Source of the DNA: an uncultured Candidatus Saccharibacteria bacterium
GTDB lineage: Bacteria; Patescibacteriota; UBA1384; CAYGGE01
DNA length: 50,256 nt
Assembly: GCA_964349485.1 (NCBI GenBank)
Contig: CAYGGE010000006.1
Span: 1 to 50,256 of the forward strand
Direction of reading: 5' to 3'
Part shown: positions 1 to 9,273 of the stretch, one piece after another
How positions within the stretch are numbered: position 1 is the stretch's first letter
How the letters are laid out: every line of letters starts with the position of its first letter
The notes under the pieces: generated by a model
Database searches by the model: none
What the model was told of the DNA's origin: nothing
What the model saw: the letters and a program-made list of their open reading frames with translations, nothing else
Translations under genes and position numbers: made by a program

Positions 1-66
1 GCTCAGTGGTAGAGCAGGGGCCTGAAGAGCCTCGTGTCGTCAGTTCGATTCTGACCCTAGGCACCA
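1..66 (+). tRNA. tRNA-Phe(GAA), 5' end cut by window edge
   Basis: D arm GCTC-AGTGGTA-GAGC. Anticodon stem GGGGC/GCCTC with loop CTGAAGA (anticodon GAA). T arm GTCAG-TTCGATT-CTGAC. 3' acceptor CCTAGGC + A + encoded CCA. Confidence 0.9.
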
Positions 67-70
67 TAAA

Positions 71-147
71 GGACGTTTAGCTCAGCTGGTCAGAGCGCCT
101 CGTTTACACCGAGGATGTCGGGGGTTCGAATCCCTCAACGTCCACCA
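71..147 (+). tRNA. tRNA-Val(TAC)
   Basis: Acceptor GGACGTT/AACGTCC. D arm GCTC-AGCTGGTCA-GAGC. Anticodon stem CCTCG/CGAGG with loop TTTACAC (anticodon TAC). T arm GGGGG-TTCGAAT-CCCTC. Encoded ACCA. Confidence 0.93.
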
Positions 148-190
148 GAGACATTTTACCGATTGTCAAATCGGTGGAATTTCTCTGGTG
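143..190 (+). repeat. 48-nt near-perfect hairpin starting inside the CCA end of tRNA-Val
   Basis: Hand pairing of 143-164 with 169-190 around loop GTCA (165-168) gives 19 Watson-Crick pairs, 2 G:U pairs and 1 mismatch (152/181). There is no T-run after it. Confidence 0.8.
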
Positions 191-247
191 TATGAACAAA
201 GAGGGGTGAGAAGGGCGCGAGCTGGCGCAGTGCCCCGGCCCGGAGGG

Positions 248-279
248 CGAATCCCTCAACGTCCACCATAGACATTTTA
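248..279 (+). repeat. Duplicate of the tRNA-Val 3' end plus downstream flank (att-like scar)
   Basis: CGAATCCCTCAACGTCCACCA[T]AGACATTTTA at 248-279 matches 127-158 at 31/32 positions. No matching 5' acceptor strand lies upstream, so it is not a second tRNA. Confidence 0.85.
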
Positions 280-311
280 TCTTAGTTATTCATAATAGAA
301 TCTTCGCTGAT

Positions 312-716
312 ATGTTAGACATCCAGAAACTCATCGACATCCGTTACCTACTCGATCCGAAGCCATCGTATAATTTTGCGTTTTTTGTGCCCACGTTTGT
401 GGTGATGTCGATAGCATTTATTGTCGGTATTGTCCTGGCAACGGCCTACTTTAGGCGCTACGTCTGGTCAGAGATGATCGGTCAATGGCTACGTTGGTTT
501 GGTTTTACCGGGTTGATCCTCTTGTTTTTCCGATATGAGGGTATTCCTTTCCTTTCCATACGTATCTATTTCATAATCTTGACGCTTGGTTTTTTTGTCT
601 GGCTAATCATGATTCTCCGAAACTTTCGGTTGATCAGAGAGAGTCAAATCGAAAAAGCCAGACGACAGGAATCGTATGATAAATACTTGCCTCGACCAAA
701 ACGTAAACGCGCCTAG
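312..716 (+). CDS. Small integral membrane protein, unknown function
   Basis: 134-aa ORF with about 4 hydrophobic helices and a basic C-terminal tail (PRPKRKRA). No recognisable catalytic motif. Confidence 0.6.
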   Translation: MLDIQKLIDIRYLLDPKPSYNFAFFVPTFVVMSIAFIVGIVLATAYFRRYVWSEMIGQWLRWFGFTGLILLFFRYEGIPFLSIRIYFIILTLGFFVWLIMILRNFRLIRESQIEKARRQESYDKYLPRPKRKRA

Positions 717-765
717 GTTGGGAGCTTAAAAAAAGTCCCGGAACACCCGGGCAGGAGTATAAACA

Positions 766-1836
766 ATGGCCAATACAGCCACAATCACATCCATGGACGA
801 GCTCGTCCAACAAGAAGGGGTCGATCTAGTACCATTTAAGGCTGGTACCGTTATTGAGGCGGAAATAATCTCAGCCTCCCGCAATAAGATACTAGTTGAT
901 CTGGGTGGATTAACGATCGGCATGGTGCCTGGACGAGAATTCTCAACCGACGCCCACGAACTTAAGCCGGGCAATAAAGCACTGTGCTACATCATCACCC
1001 TTGAGAACGAGGATGGATACGCCGTACTTTCGATGCGACGCGCTGACCGTGAGCGAATCTGGCGAACGGTAAAAGATAAATTAGATAACGGTGAGATTGT
1101 CACCGTCAAGATTGTCGATGCCAACAAGGGTGGTCTACTAGTTGATTACTCAGGTCTTGAAGGCTTTATTCCAACCTCACAATTAGGTACAGCCCACTAC
1201 CCTAAAGTACCTGAAGGCGATCGAGATCAGATCGTTACTCAACTGCGTGAATTAATCAACAAAAACCTCTCAGTCAAGATTCTGAGTTTTGATCAGATGA
1301 CCAACAAACTAATCTTTTCTGAAAAAGCTGCTGGGAATGTCGAAATGGTGGAAAAAGCCAAGAGTCTGCCGGTCGGTAAGGAATTGGTCGGTGAAGTAAC
1401 TGGCGTAGTCGACTTCGGGGTCTTTGTTCGAATCGAGGACATTGAAGGTCTTGTTCACATCTCTGAAGTCTCCTGGGAAAAAGTTGACGATCTTAAAGAT
1501 CGTTATAAACCAGGTGATAAGGTAAATGTTGTCGTCATTGGCGTTGAAGGTAGTCGAGTTTCCCTTTCAATTAAGCGATTACTAGAAGACCCATGGAAGC
1601 TAGAAGTCGGTAAGATGAAGGTTGGAGATAAAATTGAAGGTGAAGTCACTCGAGTGACTGCCTTTGGAGCCTTTGTTCGTCTAGTTGACGGTGTCGACGG
1701 CTTAGTCCACATCTCAGAGCTTGGCGACAAATTGACTGATCCGCACGAAGCCGTTACACTCGGAGAAAAATATACCTTCGAGATTCTCTCAATTGAGCCA
1801 GATACCCACCGCATCTCTTTACGTCTACAGAAGTAA
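766..1836 (+). CDS. rpsA: S1 RNA-binding domain protein (ribosomal protein S1-like, 4 S1 repeats)
   Basis: Repeated S1 signatures (G.V....GGL.VD, GVVDFGVFVRI..IEGLVHISE, VTAFGAFVRLVDGVDGLVHISE). AGGAG lies upstream of the ATG. Confidence 0.8.
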   Translation: MANTATITSMDELVQQEGVDLVPFKAGTVIEAEIISASRNKILVDLGGLTIGMVPGREFSTDAHELKPGNKALCYIITLENEDGYAVLSMRRADRERIWRTVKDKLDNGEIVTVKIVDANKGGLLVDYSGLEGFIPTSQLGTAHYPKVPEGDRDQIVTQLRELINKNLSVKILSFDQMTNKLIFSEKAAGNVEMVEKAKSLPVGKELVGEVTGVVDFGVFVRIEDIEGLVHISEVSWEKVDDLKDRYKPGDKVNVVVIGVEGSRVSLSIKRLLEDPWKLEVGKMKVGDKIEGEVTRVTAFGAFVRLVDGVDGLVHISELGDKLTDPHEAVTLGEKYTFEILSIEPDTHRISLRLQK

Positions 1837-1870
1837 TCAGTCGGTTTAAGGGCAATAAAAGGAGAAGCCG

Positions 1871-2365
1871 ATGACTATCACGCATCAAGGTAAGGGTCAA
1901 TTCACGATTCGGAGCAAAGATGCGACTATTAAATTGGGCCCGGAGTTCACTATTGGTGAGCGAACCTTACCTGGAGCCGGTGAATATGATATCAACGGCG
2001 TTGAAATCGAAGGCCTGGAGGGTGGTATCTTCTTAGTGCGGACTGAAGATGTCTTCCTCCTTTATCTCGATCGTTTAGATCGATCACTCACTGACAATGA
2101 GCTTGAGGCAGTTGAGTTGGCTGATGTTCTCTTTGTGCCAGTCGGTGGTAAAGATACCGACGTTCCTGATCAGACAGTTCTGAATCCTGAAGCAGCAGTT
2201 AAGGCTATCAACCTGATCGATCCACGAATAGTCATCCCCATGTATTACACCTCTCTCGAACCATTTCGAAAAGCTGAAGGTAAGCCACTCGAGATGGTCA
2301 AGGAATTGAAGATAACTAAAGCGACCTTACCTCAAGAGGATAGGCTAGTTTACGTCCTTGAGTGA
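1871..2365 (+). CDS. Hypothetical protein, degenerate MBL-fold (Lactamase_B_3-like) without HxHxDH
   Basis: The N-terminus (ITHQGKGQFTI) and C-terminus (IDPRIVIPMYY) resemble the UPF0173/MBL_3 layout, but the metal-binding histidines are absent. GGAG RBS. Confidence 0.45.
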   Translation: MTITHQGKGQFTIRSKDATIKLGPEFTIGERTLPGAGEYDINGVEIEGLEGGIFLVRTEDVFLLYLDRLDRSLTDNELEAVELADVLFVPVGGKDTDVPDQTVLNPEAAVKAINLIDPRIVIPMYYTSLEPFRKAEGKPLEMVKELKITKATLPQEDRLVYVLE

Positions 2366-2371
2366 GACACA

Positions 2372-3340
2372 ATGACACAGTTTAACAAACTGATCCAGTG
2401 CATCAATCAATATAGTAGGTTCGTAATTCTCATGCACGAGCGACCAGATGGCGATACTATCGCCTGCAGTTTGGCATTTGCCGAGGTGCTTGAACAACTT
2501 GGTAAATCAGTCGTCTGTGTCTGCAAAGATGCCATTCCCAAGCCGTTTCAGTTCCTAGAAGGCTCAAAGCAGATCCAGTCAGATTTCCTTTCTGGCGACT
2601 ATGAAGTGATGATTGTGCTTGATTGTGGTGATCTGCGACGAACCGGCTTTCCAGCTCGAGTGCGTGAATTTGCCTCTAAGCAGGGTACGGTCATTCATAT
2701 CGATCACCATCAAAAAAGTGATCTGTATAAACTCGCCAATCTCCGCATTTTTGATCCTCAGGCAGCTGCAACAGGAGAGATTCTGTTTAGACTGTTTAAT
2801 CTGTTGCCGGTGACCATAACGCCATCTATCGCGACCTGCCTCCTGACAAGCCTTTATTACGACACCGGAGCCTTTAAACATGCCAACACAGGTGATACGG
2901 TATTAAAGATAGCCGCGCAACTACTTCACCTAGGAGCCAGACTAAAGGACATTACCGAGCATGTTGAGCTGACGAAGTCAGTCCCCATGCTTAAGCTATG
3001 GGGTATCGCTCTCGCCAGGTCAAAACGTCATCCAAAATATTGTTTGGTGAGCAGTCTGATTACGAGACAAGATATTGCAGACTGTGGGGCGTGTGACGAA
3101 GACGTAGCTGGTATCGTCAACCTACTTAATACCGTCCCCGGCAGTCGTGCAGCCATGCTTCTATATGAGTCCAAGGATGGCCAACTTCATGGCAGTCTAC
3201 GAACCGAACAGAGCAACGTCGATGTTTCGGCCCTCGCCTCAGTCTTAGGCGGCGGCGGTCTTCGTAAGGCCAGCGGTTTTTCTTTACCAGGCAAGATCGT
3301 AATGACAGGTACCGATTGGCACGTCAAACTAGGCTATTGA
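2372..3340 (+). CDS. DHH/DHHA1 phosphoesterase (NrnA-like oligoribonuclease/pAp phosphatase)
   Basis: Motifs HERPDGDTIAC, LDCGD, IDHH and the C-terminal GGGGLRKASGF (DHHA1 GGGH-type). Confidence 0.85.
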   Translation: MTQFNKLIQCINQYSRFVILMHERPDGDTIACSLAFAEVLEQLGKSVVCVCKDAIPKPFQFLEGSKQIQSDFLSGDYEVMIVLDCGDLRRTGFPARVREFASKQGTVIHIDHHQKSDLYKLANLRIFDPQAAATGEILFRLFNLLPVTITPSIATCLLTSLYYDTGAFKHANTGDTVLKIAAQLLHLGARLKDITEHVELTKSVPMLKLWGIALARSKRHPKYCLVSSLITRQDIADCGACDEDVAGIVNLLNTVPGSRAAMLLYESKDGQLHGSLRTEQSNVDVSALASVLGGGGLRKASGFSLPGKIVMTGTDWHVKLGY

Positions 3341-3351
3341 AAATTCTAAAC

Positions 3352-3438
3352 GCCGAGGTGGTGGAACGGTATACACGGAGGACTTAAAATCCTCTGCCCT
3401 AATCCGGCTTGCGGGTTCGAATCCCGCCCTCGGCACCA
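3352..3438 (+). tRNA. tRNA-Leu(TAA), long variable arm
   Basis: Acceptor GCCGAGG/CCTCGGC. Anticodon stem GAGGA/TCCTC with loop CTTAAAA. 16-nt variable arm. T arm GCGGG-TTCGAAT-CCCGC. ACCA. Confidence 0.93.
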
Positions 3439-3548
3439 GAACGAGTCATCGGTTGACAGAGATTGGTTTTCAACACGCTCGTGACAGATGGTAACTGACA
3501 ACTTGTGAGGTGGTTTCCAAACTGCCGAGAAACTGTTAGCATGGAGGT

Positions 3549-4256
3549 ATGAAGCGAATGCAGCCTCGAAAGCTTATAAGACTTGGTTTTTTTGTTGCCA
3601 TAGTCCTAACTATAGGTATCGTTTTGGTTAGAACGCCTCGAGACTATGCGGCAATTATCTATCCACCTATCCCTGCTGAGCATTTTGCGTATATAGATAA
3701 GGCCGTTGATCATTGTGGAGTTCCGAAAAGTAAGCGTGGATTTATCGCCGCTACGGCCTACGCTGAGAGCTCGTTTCACCCCGGTTCTCAGTCGGGTGCT
3801 GGTGCGATTGGGGTCATGCAGTTACTACGTGCTACCGGTTACGGTACGGCCATTAAATATGGTATACCTGGCCTCAATGCCAACACTTTTACCGACCCTC
3901 AAATTAGCTACATGATGGGTACCTGTTATCTTCATTATGTAATGGGGGAGATTGTCGGTAACCATGACGAAGCCAATTGGGATGACGAACGTATACTGAC
4001 CTCGATGCTTGTCGGTTACAACGCTGGTCCAGCTCGCGGTAGATCTTACTACAACGGAGCATATAATGGTCCAGCTTCTAGTGTTCACTATGGTGCAAAA
4101 ATATTACGAGCCAGCCAAGTTTACAATCTTGACTTCGCCAGGTATGATCAAGCCAAACTCCAGGGTGGTACCGAGATCGATGTTCTATCACGAATTCGTG
4201 AGATCGTATGGAACATCTTACTACGAATCGGGCCAGATGAGTCGGAGAACCTATGA
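3549..4256 (+). CDS. Lytic transglycosylase (SLT domain) with N-terminal membrane anchor
   Basis: SLT catalytic block AESSFHPGSQSGAGAIGVMQL and the downstream YNAGP motif. N-terminal TM helix. 4-nt overlap (ATGA) with alaS. Confidence 0.8.
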   Translation: MKRMQPRKLIRLGFFVAIVLTIGIVLVRTPRDYAAIIYPPIPAEHFAYIDKAVDHCGVPKSKRGFIAATAYAESSFHPGSQSGAGAIGVMQLLRATGYGTAIKYGIPGLNANTFTDPQISYMMGTCYLHYVMGEIVGNHDEANWDDERILTSMLVGYNAGPARGRSYYNGAYNGPASSVHYGAKILRASQVYNLDFARYDQAKLQGGTEIDVLSRIREIVWNILLRIGPDESENL

Positions 4257-5998
4257 CCAGTCAACAAATTCGCGAAAAATTCATTAGTTTTCTAGAGAAA
4301 CGGGGGCATACATTAATGCCACCGTCTTCGTTAGTGCCCGAAGGTGATCCGTCGGCCTTATTCACGACTGCCGGCATGCACCAATTCAAAGAATACTATT
4401 CGAAACCGGACGCCTCACCGAGTAAGCGCATAGTCACAATTCAGCCATCATTGCGCACTAACGATATCGATGAGGTTGGTGACCAAACCCACCTAACCTT
4501 TTTTGAGATGCTGGGTTGGTTTAGTTTTGGTTATAAAGCTGGCATGACAGAAGATGAGCAGGGGACTGGCCCGTACTTTAAACGTGTGGCGATCAAACAG
4601 GCTTATGAGTTTTATTGGAATATCTTGAAGGTGGATCCAAAACGTCTCTCGGTGACTGTCTACGAGGGTAAGCCTGGCGTCCCAAAAGACGATGAATCGG
4701 TCGCTATATGGAAAGAACTCGGCCTTACTGATGAACAAATTCGCTACGAAGGCGAGGACAATTTCTGGAAACTCGGTCCCAACAGCCCTTGTGGTCCGAC
4801 AACTGAGATCTACATCGACGATGTTGAGGTTGGCAATGTCGTTTTCAATCAGTTCTACATGCACGAAGATGGTTCGTTAACACCACTTGAGTATCAAGGC
4901 GTCGATACAGGGCTCGGTTTTGAACGAATTGCGACTAAGATGCAGGATCAACAAACGGTCTACGAGACTGATCTGTTTGCCCCACTAATCGATAAAATTC
5001 ATTCGCTGACCCAGGGCGAATTTACCAGACGTAGTGCCTACGTGATCGCCGACCATTTACGTGCATCAACATTTCTGATCAAAGACGGTGTAGCGCCATC
5101 CAATAAGGCCCAAGGCTACATCCTACGTCGGCTTCTTAGACGAGCAGTTGTTAATGCTCACCTACTGACCCTTGCAACCAGTTGGTCTGACGATCTAGTC
5201 TCACTGATTGTTAGTAACTATGCGACACAATACCCTGATCTCATGTCAAGAAAAGCAGAGATCATGCGAGTTGTCTCTAAGGAGAAGGATAAATTCGCAC
5301 GAACTCTTCAGCAAGGGCTACGAGAATTTGCGAAAATCACAGTTGATACAGGTAGTCAGAAGATCAGCGGAGAAAAGGCTTTTCATCTCTTCGATACTTT
5401 TGGTTTTCCTATCGAGCTTACCATTGAGCTAGCCGAAAAAGAGGGGATGGCTGTCGATCAAGCGGATTTTGATGCTCGCTTTAAGGCTCATCAAGAAACC
5501 TCCCGAGCAGGTCTTGATAAGGTATTTAAGGGTGGACTAGCCGACCATGAGCCACAGACGATTAAACATCATACCGTACACCATCTGTTACTTGCCGCTC
5601 TGCGTAAGGTCCTTGGTGACCATGTCTATCAACGTGGATCAAATGTGACAGCTGATCGACTTCGCATCGACTTTTCACATCCAGAAAAGGTCACGCCGGA
5701 ACAATTGTCAGAGATTGAAAGTATAGTCAATGAAGCAATCCAAGCAGACCTAGAAGTGCGACGCGAAGAGATGCCTAAGGCTGAAGCAGAGAAGCTTGGG
5801 GCGATGGCCGAGTTTGGCACGAAATATGGCGACACCGTCACTGTCTACTCAATCTTAAACCCGGATGGTTCCGCCTTATCAAGAGAATTCTGTGGCGGCC
5901 CCCACGTAAACCGAACTAGTGAGCTTGGTAGATTTAATATCCTCAAGGAAGAAGCCTCGTCGTCTGGCGTGAGGCGGATTAAAGCAACTATAACGTAG
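4253..5998 (+). CDS. alaS: Alanine--tRNA ligase, short form (581 aa, no C-Ala domain)
   Basis: N-terminus IREKFISFLEKRGH...SLVP..DPS.LFT.AGM. Editing-domain zinc motifs HHTVHHLL and CGGPHV. The protein ends about 28 aa after the CxxxH motif. Confidence 0.9.
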   Translation: MTSQQIREKFISFLEKRGHTLMPPSSLVPEGDPSALFTTAGMHQFKEYYSKPDASPSKRIVTIQPSLRTNDIDEVGDQTHLTFFEMLGWFSFGYKAGMTEDEQGTGPYFKRVAIKQAYEFYWNILKVDPKRLSVTVYEGKPGVPKDDESVAIWKELGLTDEQIRYEGEDNFWKLGPNSPCGPTTEIYIDDVEVGNVVFNQFYMHEDGSLTPLEYQGVDTGLGFERIATKMQDQQTVYETDLFAPLIDKIHSLTQGEFTRRSAYVIADHLRASTFLIKDGVAPSNKAQGYILRRLLRRAVVNAHLLTLATSWSDDLVSLIVSNYATQYPDLMSRKAEIMRVVSKEKDKFARTLQQGLREFAKITVDTGSQKISGEKAFHLFDTFGFPIELTIELAEKEGMAVDQADFDARFKAHQETSRAGLDKVFKGGLADHEPQTIKHHTVHHLLLAALRKVLGDHVYQRGSNVTADRLRIDFSHPEKVTPEQLSEIESIVNEAIQADLEVRREEMPKAEAEKLGAMAEFGTKYGDTVTVYSILNPDGSALSREFCGGPHVNRTSELGRFNILKEEASSSGVRRIKATIT

Positions 5999-6016
5999 AG
6001 TTTTGCCAGATCAACC

Positions 6017-6045
6017 TTGACGCACCTTGACAGGCGTGTTACAAT
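6017..6045 (+). promoter_or_regulatory. Sigma70-type promoter candidate for uvrA
   Basis: TTGACG (6017-6022), a 17-nt spacer, then TACAAT (6040-6045), about 58 nt upstream of the uvrA ATG. Confidence 0.5.
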
Positions 6046-6103
6046 CGTTCTCCGTTGTGTTTTTGGAGGGTCTCTATTTACCCTTATGTGAGGAGACGAT
6101 TGG

Positions 6104-8584
6104 ATGAAAGATACGATTAAAGTTATCGGCGCGCGAGTCCATAATCTTAAGAACATTAGCGTCGAAATCCCTAAGAATAAACTAACCGTTATAACTGGAC
6201 TCTCTGGTTCGGGAAAATCTTCGTTGGCCTTCGACACCATATATGCTGAAGGTCAACGCCGTTATGTCGAGTCGCTTTCAAGCTATGCACGACAGTTTTT
6301 AGGTGTGATGGAAAAGCCCGATGTCGATTATATCGAAGGTCTCTCCCCAGCCATCTCAATCGATCAAAAAACCGCTGGTCGCAGTCCTAGATCTACAGTC
6401 GGGACCATGAGTGAGGTCTATGACTACCTTCGTTTACTGTTCGCCAAGATCGGTGACGTACACTGTCCTGTTTGTAACGAGGTTGCCAACAAGGAACGCC
6501 GCGAAGTAATTACAACAAATAGTGCCGGTACTAAGCGCAAGATGTTGACTACTGTACACGTCTGTACTGCTTGTGCGCACGAATTTCCCGAGATCACCAT
6601 GAGCTCATTCTCATTCAACAGTCCTTCTGGTGCTTGTCAGACCTGTCAGGGACTTGGTGTACGGCTGGTAATCGACCCAGAATATGTCTTCCCAAATAAA
6701 CGCTTAACTCTCGCTGAAGGTGCCATCCGACCTTGGAGCCGGATCACTAGCCACGCCAGCTGGTACAACAAGACCCTGAAAACCATGAGTGAAGCCTACA
6801 ACATCTCACTTGATACGCCGATCAACAAATTGACTGACTCTGAGATCGACTTAATTCTCTATGGTGATAAATCGGGGGATAGAACATTTGAAGGTGTCAT
6901 CCCTAATCTTGAAAGACGTTACAAAGACACCGATTCCGACTATGTCCGTAACGAGATCGAAAAATACATGATCGAGAAGATTTGCGATATCTGTAAAGGC
7001 AAACGGCTAAGGCTTGAAGTACTTTCAATTACCATCAATGATCACTCAATTGCCGATATAACCTGCATGACAATTGAAACGGCAAACGCATTTTTTGCCA
7101 ACTTAACGTTTCCACACCACGACGAGAAAATTACCGGTCCGATTCTTCGGGAAATTCGCAATCGACTCGGTTATCTTGTCCAGGTCGGTTTGCCCTATCT
7201 AACGCTCGATCGAAACGCCGATACTTTAGCAGGCGGTGAGGCTCAACGCATTCGGCTAGCGACTCAATTGGGTTCTGCATTGACTGGCGTGCTCTACATT
7301 CTAGATGAGCCATCAATTGGTTTACACCCTAAAGATCACGATAATTTGATTCAGACCATCACTCAACTACGCGATCTCGGTAACACAGTCATTGTCGTTG
7401 AACATGACCAGACGACCATGGAAGCCGCTGACTACTTAATCGACGTAGGACCGGGCGCTGGTGACCATGGTGGACGAATCGTCGCCAAGGGTACTCCAGA
7501 AGAAGTAAAGCAGAATCCTCAATCGCCAACAGGTCGGTACCTTGCCGGAATCGAAACAGTTGAGGTACCTAAGAAGCGACGTAAACCGTCAGCGAATATT
7601 ATTACGATTACTGGCGCTAACGAATTTAATCTTAAAAATGTCACAGCAAGCTTTCCCTTACATAGCTTCGTTTGTGTAACTGGAGTCTCAGGTTCAGGTA
7701 AAAGTACTCTAGTTTCAGATATTTTAGCCAGAGCACTGTCCAAAAAGTTTCACAATGCCAAAACAGAGCCTGGTAAGCATGCATCGATCACCGGGCTTGA
7801 ACACATCAACAAGGTTATCGCAATTGATCAATCGCCGATTGGCCGAACACCTCGTTCGAATCCCGCGACCTATACTGGTGTTTTCACTCCGATTCGCGAG
7901 TTGTTTGCCAACACGGCCCTAGCGAAAGACAGAAAGTACGATGAAGGTCACTTCTCCTTTAACGTTCGTGGTGGACGATGTGAACACTGCCGAGGCGAAG
8001 GTGCCATGAAGATTGAGATGCACTTCTTGCCCGATGTCTATGTCACCTGTGAAACCTGTAACGGTACCCGGTATAATCAAGAGGTCTTAGATGTCCTATA
8101 TCGAGACAAAACTATTGCCGAAGTACTCGACCTGACCGTCGAGGAGGCCTGCAAATTTTTCGCTGACGTCAAACAGGTTTACGATAAGCTGAAAGTCCTT
8201 TCCGATGTTGGCTTAGACTACATGCGCCTCGGACAGACTGCCACTAGCCTTTCTGGTGGTGAGGCTCAGCGAGTAAAACTCGCGACTGAACTATCGCGTC
8301 ACGATACCGGAAAAACACTCTACATTCTCGATGAACCAACTAGTGGCCTCCATTTTGAGGACATCAAACGGTTACTCGTTGTCCTTCAAGCCCTCGTCGA
8401 GAAAGGCAATACAGTTCTGGTCATCGAACATAACTTAGACGTTATTAAATCGGCCGACTGGATTATTGACATGGGTCCAGACGGTGGCAGTCACGGCGGT
8501 CAGGTCGTAGCCACTGGCACTCCTGAACAAGTTGTCAGGGTCGCGGCTTCGCATACCGGACGTTACCTGTCTAAAGTACTCTAG
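6104..8584 (+). CDS. uvrA: Excinuclease ABC subunit A, 826 aa, apparently lacking the UvrB-binding domain
   Basis: Two ABC modules ([32 protein letters not shown] twice, ILDEP twice). Zinc modules CPVC...CTAC and CEHC...CETC. Confidence 0.93.
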   Translation: MKDTIKVIGARVHNLKNISVEIPKNKLTVITGLSGSGKSSLAFDTIYAEGQRRYVESLSSYARQFLGVMEKPDVDYIEGLSPAISIDQKTAGRSPRSTVGTMSEVYDYLRLLFAKIGDVHCPVCNEVANKERREVITTNSAGTKRKMLTTVHVCTACAHEFPEITMSSFSFNSPSGACQTCQGLGVRLVIDPEYVFPNKRLTLAEGAIRPWSRITSHASWYNKTLKTMSEAYNISLDTPINKLTDSEIDLILYGDKSGDRTFEGVIPNLERRYKDTDSDYVRNEIEKYMIEKICDICKGKRLRLEVLSITINDHSIADITCMTIETANAFFANLTFPHHDEKITGPILREIRNRLGYLVQVGLPYLTLDRNADTLAGGEAQRIRLATQLGSALTGVLYILDEPSIGLHPKDHDNLIQTITQLRDLGNTVIVVEHDQTTMEAADYLIDVGPGAGDHGGRIVAKGTPEEVKQNPQSPTGRYLAGIETVEVPKKRRKPSANIITITGANEFNLKNVTASFPLHSFVCVTGVSGSGKSTLVSDILARALSKKFHNAKTEPGKHASITGLEHINKVIAIDQSPIGRTPRSNPATYTGVFTPIRELFANTALAKDRKYDEGHFSFNVRGGRCEHCRGEGAMKIEMHFLPDVYVTCETCNGTRYNQEVLDVLYRDKTIAEVLDLTVEEACKFFADVKQVYDKLKVLSDVGLDYMRLGQTATSLSGGEAQRVKLATELSRHDTGKTLYILDEPTSGLHFEDIKRLLVVLQALVEKGNTVLVIEHNLDVIKSADWIIDMGPDGGSHGGQVVATGTPEQVVRVAASHTGRYLSKVL

Positions 8585-8595
8585 GGGGCAGTTAC

Positions 8596-9240
8596 ATAGT
8601 CAATCCAACCTTAAGCCAAGAGATTCGACTAAGTAGCAAAGGCTACATATCAATTACTGGTGTCGATGAGGTTGGACGGGGAGCATGGGCCGGGCCAGTT
8701 ATAGCAGCGGCGGTAATTATTCCTTCTGACCTTATAAGCCAAGCAAAAATATCGACCAATGACTGGCTGTTAGATATCCGCGATTCCAAAACTTTATCGA
8801 AGAAACAACGTGAGTGGCTCGACATATTGATCAAGGAACAGATGATTTGGGCGATTGGGGAGTCTAGTAGTCAAGAGGTTGATCGACTAGGAATTGTTAA
8901 AGCGACCCGACTGGCCATGAAGCGAGCCATCAGATCGCTACGCACAGAACCAGATATCATCCTGGTCGACGGCCGAGAAGTGATTGACCTAAGCATCAAA
9001 CAACAGTCAATCATTGATGGCGACGCGAGTGTCCTTAGCATTGCAGCCGCGTCTATTATCGCCAAAGTGTATCGAGATCAACTCATGGCTGACTACGATA
9101 ATATGTATCCAGGATATGGTTTTAGCCAACATGTTGGCTACGGTACAGCGTTTCATCGTGAGGCATTGGTTAGCTACGGCTCAACACCCATTCACCGACT
9201 GACTTATAAACCACTTGTTGCCCTAGAACTGCGGGCTTGA
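8596..9240 (+). CDS. rnhB: Ribonuclease HII; start codon uncertain (non-canonical)
   Basis: The frame is open from 8575. It encodes the catalytic block ITGVDEVGRGAWAGPVIAAAV upstream of the tracked TTG at 8827. There is no ATG/GTG/TTG between 8575 and 8826. GGGGG (8584-8588) lies 7 nt before ATA 8596. Confidence 0.75.
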   Translation: MVNPTLSQEIRLSSKGYISITGVDEVGRGAWAGPVIAAAVIIPSDLISQAKISTNDWLLDIRDSKTLSKKQREWLDILIKEQMIWAIGESSSQEVDRLGIVKATRLAMKRAIRSLRTEPDIILVDGREVIDLSIKQQSIIDGDASVLSIAAASIIAKVYRDQLMADYDNMYPGYGFSQHVGYGTAFHREALVSYGSTPIHRLTYKPLVALELRA

Positions 9241-9273
9241 TTCTGGTATAGTCATCACATATTCGAGCTGTTC

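Noticed and set aside
726-974. Antisense or alternative-frame ORFs listed in the track inside longer genes. Examples: 726-974(-), 1503-1814(-), 5845-6240(-), 10026-10448(-), 15410-15760(-), 24022-24267(+), 24163-24423(-), 28250-28471(-) and 49622-49984(-).
   Set aside because: Each is nested in, or overlaps, a longer ORF that has clear family motifs and an RBS. None has motifs of its own. They are typical shadow ORFs, especially in the GC-richer stretches.
5999-6103. LexA box upstream of uvrA.
   Set aside because: No CGAAC-N4-GTTCG palindrome and no exact GTTC-N7-GTTC is present. There is only a partial GTTCtccgttgTGTT, so I do not call an operator here.
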